Below, in pieces: positions 1-9,379 of a DNA stretch of 64,000 bases (positions are counted from its first letter, which is position 1; each line of letters starts with the position of its first letter). The DNA is taken from contig CBDETY010000003.1 of assembly GCA_965243025.1 (NCBI GenBank), positions 2,560,001-2,624,000 of the forward strand, read 5' to 3'. This DNA is from Candidatus Latescibacterota bacterium (GTDB taxonomy: Bacteria; Latescibacterota; UBA2968; UBA8231). Below the pieces are notes generated by a model. The model did not search any database, was not told the origin of the DNA, and saw nothing but the letters and a program-made list of their open reading frames with translations. A program made the position numbers and the translations under genes.

Positions 1-735
1 GAACGAACCCTGGTTCGCCTCCCACTCCGACTCGACGGCCTCCTCGCGGTACACCCCGGGAAACACCCCTCCCAGGGAGCGGATCGCCGCACTCAGCGCC
101 ATCGATTTGAAGAACGTCGTCGGCATCCGCTCGAACAGCTCCTCATCGAATTGGACGAGGCCGCCGCCCATATCCATGGTGACGGGTGGCTGCTCCCCCG
201 CCGGAATCGCGATGCTGATCGGAGAGGGATCGACGATGTCGGCAATCGTCTGCTCCGGGCCCAGGCAGGTGCGGTGCGCTGAAACCGCCAGCCCGATGCA
301 GTCCCGTTCGATCGCCAGACGGGTGTAATTCCCGGCAGAGCCGAAGTGCTGGTGGTTGCGCGTCGTCAGCACGGCTACCCCGCCAGTCCGGGCTTTTTCG
401 ATGATCTTTTCAGTTCCGCGCCAGCACGGGAAGTATCCCAGGCCGCCGTCGCCATCCATCACCAGCGCCCCGGGGGCCTCGCTCACGGTGGTGATCCGCG
501 GGCGCGGGTTGATGTCGCCGTCCTTGATCTTGTGCAGGTAATAGGGAACCTGGCCGGTCCCGTGGGAGTAGATGCAGCGCCTGTTGTTGCGCGTCAGAAT
601 CCCCGCCAGCAGGCCGGCGTCGTCCCCGGACATGCCGACTTTCTCGAAGAGGCGGACGAGAAGGGAATGGATCTCCCCGCCCGGCACGCGAATGCCGTGG
701 TCGGGCGGGTAATTGCGCCTGTTCAGGTTCTTCAT
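1..735 (-). CDS. Ldh_2 family (malate/L-lactate/L-sulfolactate-type) oxidoreductase; C-terminus runs off the window
   Basis: Hand-translated from ATG at 735 (absent from ORF track): MKNLNRRNYPP...IYSHGTGQVPYY...MDGDGGLG...RNHQHFGSAGNY, which are Ldh_2 motifs. Confidence 0.85.
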   Translation of the reverse strand, partial: MKNLNRRNYPPDHGIRVPGGEIHSLLVRLFEKVGMSGDDAGLLAGILTRNNRRCIYSHGTGQVPYYLHKIKDGDINPRPRITTVSEAPGALVMDGDGGLGYFPCWRGTEKIIEKARTGGVAVLTTRNHQHFGSAGNYTRLAIERDCIGLAVSAHRTCLGPEQTIADIVDPSPISIAIPAGEQPPVTMDMGGGLVQFDEELFERMPTTFFKSMALSAAIRSLGGVFPGVYREEAVESEWEANQGSF

Positions 736-763
736 CTCCAGAATCGTCGCGGGTTGTGAGGGA

Positions 764-1588
764 TTACTCACCGGAACCGACGTGCCCCTCGAATCCCCAC
801 CGGCGCAGGACCTCCAGCCAGCGCCGGCGCTGCGGGCTGCCGCCCGGGTTGGCGAGCCATTCGGGGTGCGGGCGCAGCAGCGGAAAGGCGTCGACGAGAC
901 CGGCGTGCTGCCCGACAAGCTCCCGCACCGACGCTTCCTCACCGGGCGTTTCCGGCGCCGCGAAATAGCCGACGCTGCACATCCTGCGATCGCTGCCGCC
1001 CCCCCAGCTCGCGTGCCAGACGCGGTTGTCGAAGGCGATGACGTCCCCCGGTTCGGAGCGGGCCGCGAACGCCGGGACCTCGTCGGTGGGCAGACCCTCC
1101 TCGTTCGCCACCCCGTCGATCGACTGCTTGAGCGGCAGGGCCGCGATAGCGGAGTGCAGGGGATCCCTGTGAGAGCCGGGAACCAGTCTCAGGGCGCCGG
1201 TGTTCCCGTCGAGGGGCTGCAGGTAGAAGGCGAACTTCACCCCGCGGCGGCGCAGGTCCGCGGTGTCGGGGTGCCACTCCGTCTGCTCCCCGTCGAAGGA
1301 GTTCGAGTTGGCGTAGTGCCCGACGGCCCCGCCGCCGTACAGCTGTTCGGCCGCCCCGACGAACCGGGGATCCTCGAGCAGGCCGGCCAGCCGGGGGGTA
1401 TCCGGCCCGAGGTTCGACCAGTTGAGCTGCCTGCGCCCCCCCTTCCGGCTCATCTCCTTCCTGGCGCGGGCGAGCCCGAGGTCGAACTCCGCGGCAAAGG
1501 CGGCCAGCTCTTCCCGGCCGAGGAAGCCGCGCAGAACGACGAAGCCGAAGGTCTCGAACCGGGCCAGCTCGTTCGCGGTGAAGGTCAC
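764..1588 (-). CDS. Phytanoyl-CoA dioxygenase (PhyH) family Fe(II)/2OG oxygenase
   Basis: C-terminal part of the 764..2737 ORF; GTG start overlaps the upstream TGA; FETFGFVVLRG, WHPD (HxD), PGSH, VWHAS, RR. Confidence 0.9.
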   Translation of the reverse strand: MTFTANELARFETFGFVVLRGFLGREELAAFAAEFDLGLARARKEMSRKGGRRQLNWSNLGPDTPRLAGLLEDPRFVGAAEQLYGGGAVGHYANSNSFDGEQTEWHPDTADLRRRGVKFAFYLQPLDGNTGALRLVPGSHRDPLHSAIAALPLKQSIDGVANEEGLPTDEVPAFAARSEPGDVIAFDNRVWHASWGGGSDRRMCSVGYFAAPETPGEEASVRELVGQHAGLVDAFPLLRPHPEWLANPGGSPQRRRWLEVLRRWGFEGHVGSGE

Positions 1589-2592
1589 GGGCCCGCCTCC
1601 GTCCAGCGCCGGAAGCTCTCCTCGTCGACGTTGCGCCCGCTGACGACGATCACCACGTCCCCCTCTCCGTCGAGATCGACGGCCCCCTGGAGGGCGGCGG
1701 CGGCGGCGATCGCCCCCGAGGGCTCGGTGCGCAGCCCGTGCTCGGCGTAGAGCCAGCGCATGGCCTCGCAGGTGACGGCGTCCGCCACGGACACGGCCGC
1801 GGGCACGTGCCGGCGCAGGATCGGCCAGTTGTGCTCCCCCACGTCGTAGGACAGCAGGCCGTCGCAGATGCTCTGCGGCTTTTCGATCCGCACCCGCTCC
1901 CCCTTGGCCAGGGACCGGCAGTAGTCGTCGGCCCCCTCCGGTTCGACGCCGACGACGGCGGCCCCGGGAAAGCCTCCGGCGACGGCGAGGGCATGCCCCG
2001 CCATCAGTCCGCCGCCGCTGACCGGACAGATGAAATGGGAGAGCCCGCGGTCCTGCCGGCGCAGCTCCTCGACGATCTCCAGACCTCCCACCCCGTTGCC
2101 GGCGATGACGTGGTTGTCGTCGTAGGGGGAGGCCTCGACCGCCCCGCTTGCGGCGATCTCCGCGGTCAGGCGGTCGCGCTCCCCGGTCAGGTGGTCGCTG
2201 CTTATGTCGTAGGTGCGGATCTCGGCTCCGAGCGAACGCGTCAGCTCGAACTTCACCTTCGGCGCGCTCTCCGGCATGACGATGACGACCCGCTTGCCGT
2301 AGCGATGCCCCGCGAAGGCGATGCCCGAGGCGAAGTTGCCCGACGAGTGCGCCACCACCGGAAGGCCGCCGATGGCGGCGAGGTTGTTCTCCATCCAGTT
2401 GAGCGCCCCGAGCAGCTTGAACGAGCCGACCGGGGTCCAGCCGTAGTCCTTGAGCCAGACGCGGCGGCCCCCGGCAAGGCAGAGCTTTTTCTCGAGCGGG
2501 TACGAGCGCACCAGCGGCGCCGGGGAGACGTGCCGGCGCACGACAGCGGCGGCGTTCTGCACGTCGGCGAGGGTCGCCGTTTGAATTGACAT
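1585..2592 (-). CDS. Threonine/serine dehydratase family PLP enzyme (fold type II)
   Basis: GSFKLLGA (PLP Lys), SSGNFA, PVSGGGL, EPSGA, SGRN. Confidence 0.9.
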   Translation of the reverse strand: MSIQTATLADVQNAAAVVRRHVSPAPLVRSYPLEKKLCLAGGRRVWLKDYGWTPVGSFKLLGALNWMENNLAAIGGLPVVAHSSGNFASGIAFAGHRYGKRVVIVMPESAPKVKFELTRSLGAEIRTYDISSDHLTGERDRLTAEIAASGAVEASPYDDNHVIAGNGVGGLEIVEELRRQDRGLSHFICPVSGGGLMAGHALAVAGGFPGAAVVGVEPEGADDYCRSLAKGERVRIEKPQSICDGLLSYDVGEHNWPILRRHVPAAVSVADAVTCEAMRWLYAEHGLRTEPSGAIAAAAALQGAVDLDGEGDVVIVVSGRNVDEESFRRWTEAGP

Positions 2593-2689
2593 TACGGTCA
2601 CAGCTTCTAAACTCAGCGGGCAAAATCGGCTTGTAAAGAAAAAACGCCGCGGGCCCGCGGCTTCTCCAACAGGGGCAGGGACTCAACTG

Positions 2690-3967
2690 ATGGCTCCACC
2701 GGAACGAGAGGTGTTCAGACAGGCCTGGAAATGGCACGATCCGCTCGGCAGCGGCGAGTACACCATCGGCAAGGAGCAGTTCTACCAGATGGACGCCTCC
2801 TGCGGCCCGGTCCGGAACAGCCGCCTGCTGGCCGAGCCGATCACCGATGCCCGCGGCGCCGTCGAAGTGCAGATGGAAATCACCTGCGGCCGCGTCTACC
2901 GCGTCCTACTCCACGACTCCGGGGACCGGGTGGCCGCGCACCTGCGCATCGACCGCGAGGGGGTCATGGCCTTCCACGACGGCGGGGAGTTCGTCGACTG
3001 CGGGGCGCGGCTGATGTTCGAGTACGGCGACGAGCGGCTCTGGGAGGACAACTCCATCGGCCCGACCTGGTTTGAGTCCAACCGCATGCTCTTCACCCTG
3101 CGCTCGAGCCTTCACACCTACCGCTTCGGCGGCTTCTCCTTCGACGAGGGCAGCTTCACCTTCAGCCTCGACGGGGAGTCCCGCACGGTACCGCTCGCCG
3201 GACCCGCTGCGGAAATCGTCAAGCTCGAGCTGCAGATCGAGACCGTGGAGCCCGGCACGGCCATCTGGCTCGACCATTACGCCCAGTTCCGCGGCGGCGA
3301 GACCATCGACTACGAGGACTTCCCCAACTACTTCGACGACTGGGCCCTCGACAAGTATTACCCGCAGGAGAAGTTCTACCCCAGCAGAATGAGCATGAAG
3401 GACCACCGGCACCTCGAGATCTGCACCAAGTACGGCGACGTCATCAGCCGCATGCCGGAGTCCGTGCTCAGCGGCTCGGTGGAGCTCTCGGTGATGACGA
3501 CCGACGTCAACCAGGAGGTCGCCTTCCAGATCATGGAGCTGGGACAGCGCCGGGGCGAGGAGGCCGGCGGCATCTTCATCTTCATCTACGCCGGCCTGTG
3601 GTCGGCGGCAACCGTCAAGCGGGACAAATGGGAAGAGATCACCGCCGCGGCCGAAGCCGGGCTCATCCCGCCGTGGGGGCACTACTACTTCGAGAGCTTC
3701 GATCCGCCGCTGAAGGCGGAGAACGGCCGGTTCTACGAGGTCCGCATCGAATGGGACGGCGTTCAGGGAACCTGGAGGCTGTGGATCGACGGCGAGCTGC
3801 GCAGGGACGAGGGCCAGGGGTACGACAGGCCGCTGAAGCCGCTTAAGAAGGGAGTGGACACCATCAGGCTGCACCCCGGCTCGCACGTGTTTCCGCACGG
3901 GGGGGTCTCCTCCTATTCCTACTGGGGGGAGATCGCAGTCAAATCGCGGGACGAGGTCTCGTCTTGA
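2690..3967 (+). CDS. Hypothetical protein, beta-rich, possibly two ConA/LamG-like modules
   Basis: 425 aa with strong GC3 coding bias; two similar strand motifs (SFTFSLDG, TWRLWIDG); first gene of an operon. Confidence 0.75.
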   Translation: MAPPEREVFRQAWKWHDPLGSGEYTIGKEQFYQMDASCGPVRNSRLLAEPITDARGAVEVQMEITCGRVYRVLLHDSGDRVAAHLRIDREGVMAFHDGGEFVDCGARLMFEYGDERLWEDNSIGPTWFESNRMLFTLRSSLHTYRFGGFSFDEGSFTFSLDGESRTVPLAGPAAEIVKLELQIETVEPGTAIWLDHYAQFRGGETIDYEDFPNYFDDWALDKYYPQEKFYPSRMSMKDHRHLEICTKYGDVISRMPESVLSGSVELSVMTTDVNQEVAFQIMELGQRRGEEAGGIFIFIYAGLWSAATVKRDKWEEITAAAEAGLIPPWGHYYFESFDPPLKAENGRFYEVRIEWDGVQGTWRLWIDGELRRDEGQGYDRPLKPLKKGVDTIRLHPGSHVFPHGGVSSYSYWGEIAVKSRDEVSS

Positions 3968-3983
3968 AAGACGGGGACCCGCC

Positions 3984-5090
3984 GTGAAGATCGCCGCCCT
4001 CCGCGCCACCCTGGTGGCGGTTCCCTACATCGAGGCGCTGCGCGACGAACGGCCCGGCGGCTACCGCACCGTCATCGTCGAGCTGGAAAGCGACGACGGC
4101 GCCGCCGGCGTCGGGGAGTGCGGCATGGGCTGGATCGAGCCGGAGGTGATGCTGCGCATGGTCGCCGAGTACGAGCCGGCGGTGGTCGGGGAGGATCCCT
4201 TCGACACCGAGCGGATCTGGGCGAAGCTGTGGTCGGCCTCCCCCCATCACCAGCGCTACTGGCCGATCAACCGCGTCCTCTGCGGCATCGAGACGGCGGT
4301 CTGGGACCTCCTCGGCAAGGCCAGCGGCCAGCCGCTGTGCAAGCTGATCGGGGGCCTGGTCAGGGACCGGGTTCCCTTCATGCCGACGCTGCACCGCTAC
4401 CGCGACCTCGACCGCATCGTCGACGAAGCCCGCGACCGGGTCGCCCGGGGTTTCAGCTGCTTCCAGGTAAAGGTGGGGGCTGCCGGAGGCACCCCTGAGG
4501 AAGACCTCGCCGTTCTGGGCGCCCTGCGGGAGGCCCTCGGTTCCGGGGTCGAGCTGGCCGCCGACGCCAACAGCGGCTGGACCCCGGACACGGCGATCCG
4601 CATGATCCGCAAGACCGCAGGGTACGACCTGTTCTACGTGGAAGACCCAGTCAACGGGCTCGACGACATGGCGGCGATCCGCAAGCGCGTCCAGGTCCCG
4701 ATCTGCGCCCACATCTTCGCCGCCGGCCCCACCCAGTCGACCCTCGAGGTAATCAGGAAAGAAGCGGCCGACCTCGTCGTCATCGCCCACCGCAACATGG
4801 GGGTTCTCGGAGTCAAGAAGGGAGCCGCGGTGGCCGAGGCCGCCGACCTCCCCGCGGTGCTGCACAGCGGCGTCGAGCTCGGGCCGGGCCTGGCGGTCAT
4901 GGTCCACCTCGCCGCCTCGACTCCCAACTGCCGCTACCCCAACCAATTGCAGTACGACCTGCTCGCCGACGACATCGTCAAGGGGGGCCGCATGCAGTTC
5001 GTCGACGGCTGCCTTCCGGTGCCCGAGGGCCCGGGGATCGGGGTCGAGCTCGACCCCGACAGGATGTCCGAGTACACCTTGAACCCCTGA
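3984..5090 (+). CDS. Mandelate racemase/muconate lactonizing enzyme family
   Basis: ETAVWDLLGK, QVKVG, DANSGW, EDP, PEGPGIG. Confidence 0.9.
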   Translation: MKIAALRATLVAVPYIEALRDERPGGYRTVIVELESDDGAAGVGECGMGWIEPEVMLRMVAEYEPAVVGEDPFDTERIWAKLWSASPHHQRYWPINRVLCGIETAVWDLLGKASGQPLCKLIGGLVRDRVPFMPTLHRYRDLDRIVDEARDRVARGFSCFQVKVGAAGGTPEEDLAVLGALREALGSGVELAADANSGWTPDTAIRMIRKTAGYDLFYVEDPVNGLDDMAAIRKRVQVPICAHIFAAGPTQSTLEVIRKEAADLVVIAHRNMGVLGVKKGAAVAEAADLPAVLHSGVELGPGLAVMVHLAASTPNCRYPNQLQYDLLADDIVKGGRMQFVDGCLPVPEGPGIGVELDPDRMSEYTLNP

Positions 5091-5103
5091 GGAAAGAGGA
5101 TCC

Positions 5104-6477
5104 GTGAAAGAACTTCCGACAACCAATGCCGGATGGACGGCGCTCGCCGCCCGGTACGACCTGCGCCAGTCCGGGCAGCGCCGCGCCTACCTCGTCCCCG
5201 AACGCGGGGAGGGGATCTACATGTGGGACGTCGAGGGCAACCGCTACATCGACTTCCAGTCCGGGCAGCTCTGCCTGACCCTGGGCCACTCGCACCCCGA
5301 ATACGTCGAGGCGGTCTGCGAGCAGGCCCGCAAGATCATCCAGACCGGCTCGAGCTTCTCGGCGCCGTCGGAAGTCATGCTGGCCATGAAGATCGCCGAG
5401 CTGACCCCCGAGCCGCTGAAGCGGACGTTCTTCGCCTGCTCCGGTTCCGAGTCGGTCGAGGCAGCCTTGCGGCTGGCCAAGAAATACACGGGCCGCCACG
5501 AGATCGTCGCCCTCGTCAACGGCTACCACGGCCAGACCGCCGGCAGCGCCTCGATCACCGGGCGGGGCGCGGTGCTGCGCGACGGGTACGGCCAATCGGT
5601 GTCCGACGTCAGCTTCATCCCGACCCCCTATCCGTACCGCTGTCACTTCTGCATGGACAAGGGGGGATGCACGAAAACCTGCGCCGAGTACGCCGAGGAG
5701 ATCATCGACTTCACCACCTCGGGGGAACCCGCGGCCCTCTTCTACGAGCCGATGCTGAGCACCGCCGGGCAGGTCGTCCCCACGGTCGAATGGACGCAGG
5801 AGATGCGCCGCATCTGCGACGAGCGCGGCATGCTGATGGTGGCCGACGAGGCCCTCACCGGGTTCGGGCGCACCGGCAAGTGGTTCGGCTTCGAGCACTT
5901 CGGCGTCGTTCCCGACATCCTCGCCTGCTCCAAGGGGCTGGGCGGGGGCGTTCCCCTGTGCTCGGTGACCACCAGCGACGAGATCGCCGACGCCGCCCTC
6001 GACAAGGGGTACCTGCAGTCCTCCTCCCACTCGGGGGACCCGCTGCTGTGCGCGGTCGGCCTGAAGAACCTCGAGATCGTCGAGAGGGAGAACCTCGTCG
6101 AGAACGCCCGCGTCGTCGGCGCCTACATGGAAGCGAAGCTCAAGCGGATGGAGGAGCAGTACGAGATCGTCGGCGAAGCCCGGGGCCTCGGGTTGTGCCT
6201 CGGCCTCGAGATGGTGACCGACAAGGAGAGCCGGACCCCGAACGTCGACGCCGCGGTAGAGGTCACCCGCTACTGCTTCGAGCAGAAACTGTGGATCGCC
6301 GCGGGCAAGCCCCCCGAAAACGACGAGGAGCGCAAGATGGGGGGCCGCTTCGGCTCGCACATCATCCGCTTCATGCCGCCGATCTCGATAACCGAAGAGC
6401 AGGTGGACGAGGCCCTCGAAATCATCGAGGCCGGCATTGTGGCGGCGCAGCGGAACTTTCCGGCGCGCACCGGGTGA
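5104..6477 (+). CDS. Class-III aminotransferase, dialkylglycine decarboxylase-like
   Basis: DFQSGQ...LGHSHP, SGSES, YHG, DEALTGFGRTG, SKGLGGG. Confidence 0.9.
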   Translation: MKELPTTNAGWTALAARYDLRQSGQRRAYLVPERGEGIYMWDVEGNRYIDFQSGQLCLTLGHSHPEYVEAVCEQARKIIQTGSSFSAPSEVMLAMKIAELTPEPLKRTFFACSGSESVEAALRLAKKYTGRHEIVALVNGYHGQTAGSASITGRGAVLRDGYGQSVSDVSFIPTPYPYRCHFCMDKGGCTKTCAEYAEEIIDFTTSGEPAALFYEPMLSTAGQVVPTVEWTQEMRRICDERGMLMVADEALTGFGRTGKWFGFEHFGVVPDILACSKGLGGGVPLCSVTTSDEIADAALDKGYLQSSSHSGDPLLCAVGLKNLEIVERENLVENARVVGAYMEAKLKRMEEQYEIVGEARGLGLCLGLEMVTDKESRTPNVDAAVEVTRYCFEQKLWIAAGKPPENDEERKMGGRFGSHIIRFMPPISITEEQVDEALEIIEAGIVAAQRNFPARTG

Positions 6478-6498
6478 TCACGGCGCAGCGGGCCGTCC

Positions 6499-6504
6499 TA
6501 TAAT
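6499..6504 (+). promoter_or_regulatory. Candidate -10 box (TATAAT)
   Basis: Perfect TATAAT in a GC-rich intergenic region upstream of the 6610 gene. Confidence 0.4.
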
Positions 6505-6609
6505 CCAGCCGGCGAATATGCGCCGAAGCGGTCGCTTCCCTGACTCCCGGGCAGAATTCCGACGCCTGAGAGCCCGTTGATCTGCCTTCAAAAGGAGGAA
6601 GCCAAAGAA

Positions 6610-8001
6610 ATGGGAACAGGATTCGACGACACCGGCTACCGCGTCCTCCGGGGGGCGCTGACCGAAGCGGAAGTCGACCGCCTCGCCGGGCCGATTCGCG
6701 CCGCCTTCGCGGCCGGTGAGTACGACGGGTTCTCAGAGGAGGCGGCCTATCCGTCCCCCGGCACCTATTCGATGGGGCCGCGGATCCTCGAAAAGCACCC
6801 GGAGATTGCGGGGGTGAGCCTGGCGCACCCCGCCATCGTCGCCGCCGTCGAAGACCTCTTCGGCGAGCCGGCCGTGCTGGCGCAGTACTGGTCGATCATG
6901 CGCACCCCCGGGGCGGGGGTGGGCGACGAGCCCTTCGTCAACGGCAGCGGCGCCCACTACGACTACAAGCCATGGCGCTGCGTCGGCTCGTTCGTGAAGT
7001 GGATGTTCGCCGTGGTCCCGTTCGTCGACTACACCGAGGCAGCCGGCCCGCTCGCGGTGTCGCCCGGCTCCCACCTCAAGACAAAGGTGCTTCCCTCGGA
7101 CGGGCGCGTGCACCCGGTCGATGCGGCCCAGGTCCCCTTGCCGGCCGAGATCCCCTTTGACGACCCGTCCTTGAAGAAGGGGGACGCGATCCTGATGCAC
7201 GGCTTCGCCTGGCACGAAGCGCGGCCCAACTTCGGCGGCACCGACCGCTGCGGTCTGTACATGAAGTTCCACGCCAGATCCTCTCCCCCCGCCTGCGGGC
7301 CGACGATCTACCCTTCCCAGGTCCACGACTTTCTGCCGCCCGAGGCCAGGCACCTGGTTCCATGGCACCGGGGCGACGGCCGCTACGCCGCACTCCGCCA
7401 CCGCCCGGTGGGAGGAGTCGACGAGGCCCGGCTGCTGATCGAGGACAGCGAAGGACGGGTGCTGGTGCTCGGCGACGGGGCCGACGGCTGGGGGCTGCCG
7501 AGGTTTGCCGCGGCCGAGGACGAATCAGCGGGCATACTGGACGTCTGCAACGTCATGGGGTCGGTGCTCGAACAGGCCGGCGAGCAGCTCGGCCTGCGGC
7601 TGCCGTGGCTCAGCTGGCTCCTCGACCTTCCCGGCTCATCTCCGGATGGAGGCGAGTGGCGCTGCCGGGTCTACGGCCATCGTCTGGCGGAGGCCGCCCC
7701 CGAGATCGCCAGCGGGAACGGCAGCACACCCGGGCATCGCTGGATGCCGGCCGCCGAGCTCGAGGAGGCGGGAGCGGCGGGCAGGATCGAGTGCGGAGAG
7801 CAGGTGCGGCAGTGGCTGCGCATGTGGCAGGAGGAGGAGGATGAAGAAGGGCGCCCGGTGACGAGAAGCTTTGGCGTCCCGAGCACACACGTGAAGTATT
7901 TCTCGTACAATGGCGGCGGAAACCCGCAGGGAAACTATCGCGTCGGCGTCTTCGACAGCGAAGGCCTCCCGGCGCCGCCGCCGCAAAAGGAGCGGCGATG
8001 A
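6610..8001 (+). CDS. PhyH-family dioxygenase fused to a C-terminal Nudix-like domain
   Basis: AGGAGG RBS; HYD, PGSH, WHEARPN, R; C-terminal half LLIEDSEGRVLVL...WGLP. Confidence 0.8.
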   Translation: MGTGFDDTGYRVLRGALTEAEVDRLAGPIRAAFAAGEYDGFSEEAAYPSPGTYSMGPRILEKHPEIAGVSLAHPAIVAAVEDLFGEPAVLAQYWSIMRTPGAGVGDEPFVNGSGAHYDYKPWRCVGSFVKWMFAVVPFVDYTEAAGPLAVSPGSHLKTKVLPSDGRVHPVDAAQVPLPAEIPFDDPSLKKGDAILMHGFAWHEARPNFGGTDRCGLYMKFHARSSPPACGPTIYPSQVHDFLPPEARHLVPWHRGDGRYAALRHRPVGGVDEARLLIEDSEGRVLVLGDGADGWGLPRFAAAEDESAGILDVCNVMGSVLEQAGEQLGLRLPWLSWLLDLPGSSPDGGEWRCRVYGHRLAEAAPEIASGNGSTPGHRWMPAAELEEAGAAGRIECGEQVRQWLRMWQEEEDEEGRPVTRSFGVPSTHVKYFSYNGGGNPQGNYRVGVFDSEGLPAPPPQKERR

Positions 8002-9188
8002 GAATCCGCAGAATCACTCCCTGGCTGATCCGCGGCCCGCAGCCCTTCATGGCTTCGGCGGGGGAACCGCCGGGCGCCGAGCGCCCCTACATCTTCGTCC
8101 AGGTCGAGACCGACGAAGGGGTTACGGGCTGGGGCGAAGTCACCAACTCCACGCCGGCCCACAACGCCGCGGTCGCCGCCCTTCTCGCGCAGGCCAACGA
8201 GCTCGTCGCCGGCGACGACGCCAGTCACATCGAAGCGGTCTGGCACAAGATCTTCCGCAACTACACCTACATGGGTTCGCGCGGCGCTGTGACCAGCGTG
8301 ATCAGCGGCATCGACATCGCGCTGTGGGATATCCGCGGCAAGGTCGCCGGACGCCCGGTGTACGACCTCCTCGGCGGCCCGGTGCGGGACCGCATCTCCC
8401 TCTACGCCCACCCCAACGGCCGCACGGCCGAAGAGACCGCCCGCGCCGCCAGGGCGATCGCCGACTTCGGCCACACGGCGCTCAAGACCGATCCCTTCCC
8501 GCTTACCGAAGAGGAGGGCACCTATTTCGGGTATCTCAGCGGCGAGGTGGACGCGGCGACGGAGAACGCCGGCATCGAAAAGGTGGCGGCGATCCGGGAG
8601 GCGGTCGGCCCGGACATCGAGGTCCTGATCGACGCCCACGGCCGCTTCGACGTGCCGACCGCGGTGCGCCTGGCTACGCGCCTGGCCGAGTACGACATCG
8701 GCTGGTTCGAGGAGCCGGTCCCCCCCGAGAGCTACGCGGCGCTCAGGCAGGTCAGGTCGGAGGTGCCGGTGCCGATCTGCGTCGGCGAGCGGCTGTTCAC
8801 CCGCTTCGACTTCCTGCCGGTGCTGCAGGAGGGGCTGGCGGACTACCTGATGCCGGACGTGACCTGGACCGGGGGGATCACCGAGCTGCGCAAGATCTCC
8901 AGCCTCGCCGAGACCTTCTACATCCCGGTGTCGCCGCACGACGCCTCCGGGCCGGTGAACGTCCTGGCCGGGGCGCACGTGATGATGACGGTGCCCAACT
9001 TCTACAGGCTCGAGACCATGCGCGCCGACCTCGGGGCCTACGGCGCCTTCATCGACCACCCTCTCGACATCCGCGGCGGGCACCTCCACCTGTCGGAGCG
9101 GCCCGGCCTCGGCATCGAGCTCGACCTCGATTTCCTGCGCGCTCACGCCCTTCCGGCCGCCCACGCCCTTCCGGCCGCGGGCGGGTGA
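7998..9188 (+). CDS. Mandelate racemase family, galactonate dehydratase-like
   Basis: SGIDIALWDIRGK, KTDP, DAHGRF, EEP, GER, PHD. Confidence 0.9.
   Translation: MRIRRITPWLIRGPQPFMASAGEPPGAERPYIFVQVETDEGVTGWGEVTNSTPAHNAAVAALLAQANELVAGDDASHIEAVWHKIFRNYTYMGSRGAVTSVISGIDIALWDIRGKVAGRPVYDLLGGPVRDRISLYAHPNGRTAEETARAARAIADFGHTALKTDPFPLTEEEGTYFGYLSGEVDAATENAGIEKVAAIREAVGPDIEVLIDAHGRFDVPTAVRLATRLAEYDIGWFEEPVPPESYAALRQVRSEVPVPICVGERLFTRFDFLPVLQEGLADYLMPDVTWTGGITELRKISSLAETFYIPVSPHDASGPVNVLAGAHVMMTVPNFYRLETMRADLGAYGAFIDHPLDIRGGHLHLSERPGLGIELDLDFLRAHALPAAHALPAAGG
9144..9178 (+). repeat. Two-copy tandem repeat with 18-bp period, encoding HALPAA-HALPAA
   Basis: CACGCCCTTCCGGCCGC at 9144 and 9162. Confidence 0.85.
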
Positions 9189-9379
9189 CCCGGAGCTGTC
9201 TGGTACGATTTCCTGCCCATACCGGCGCCGATCCATCTTGAGGGAAGATCGCGGTTCAATCAAAAACTCCCTGTGCGATTTTGTCCCTCAATCCCGGGCA
9301 GCGTAGTTGCGCCTCCCGGCAGGTGTCTCCGCCCACCTCCCCCGCCGGCGGCCGGATCCTGGCGCTCTGGACGCCGGGC

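Noticed and set aside
764-2737. Apparent 657-aa protein (likewise the 715-aa ORF at 9380..11527 and the 877-aa ORF at 31560..34193)
   Set aside because: The N-terminal parts are off-frame reads of the upstream genes; true starts are internal GTG codons.
6533-6546. 13/14 match (CGCTTCCCTGACTC) to the tRNA-Thr 3' arm as a possible att site
   Set aside because: Too short, plausible by chance in GC-rich DNA, and no integrase is present.
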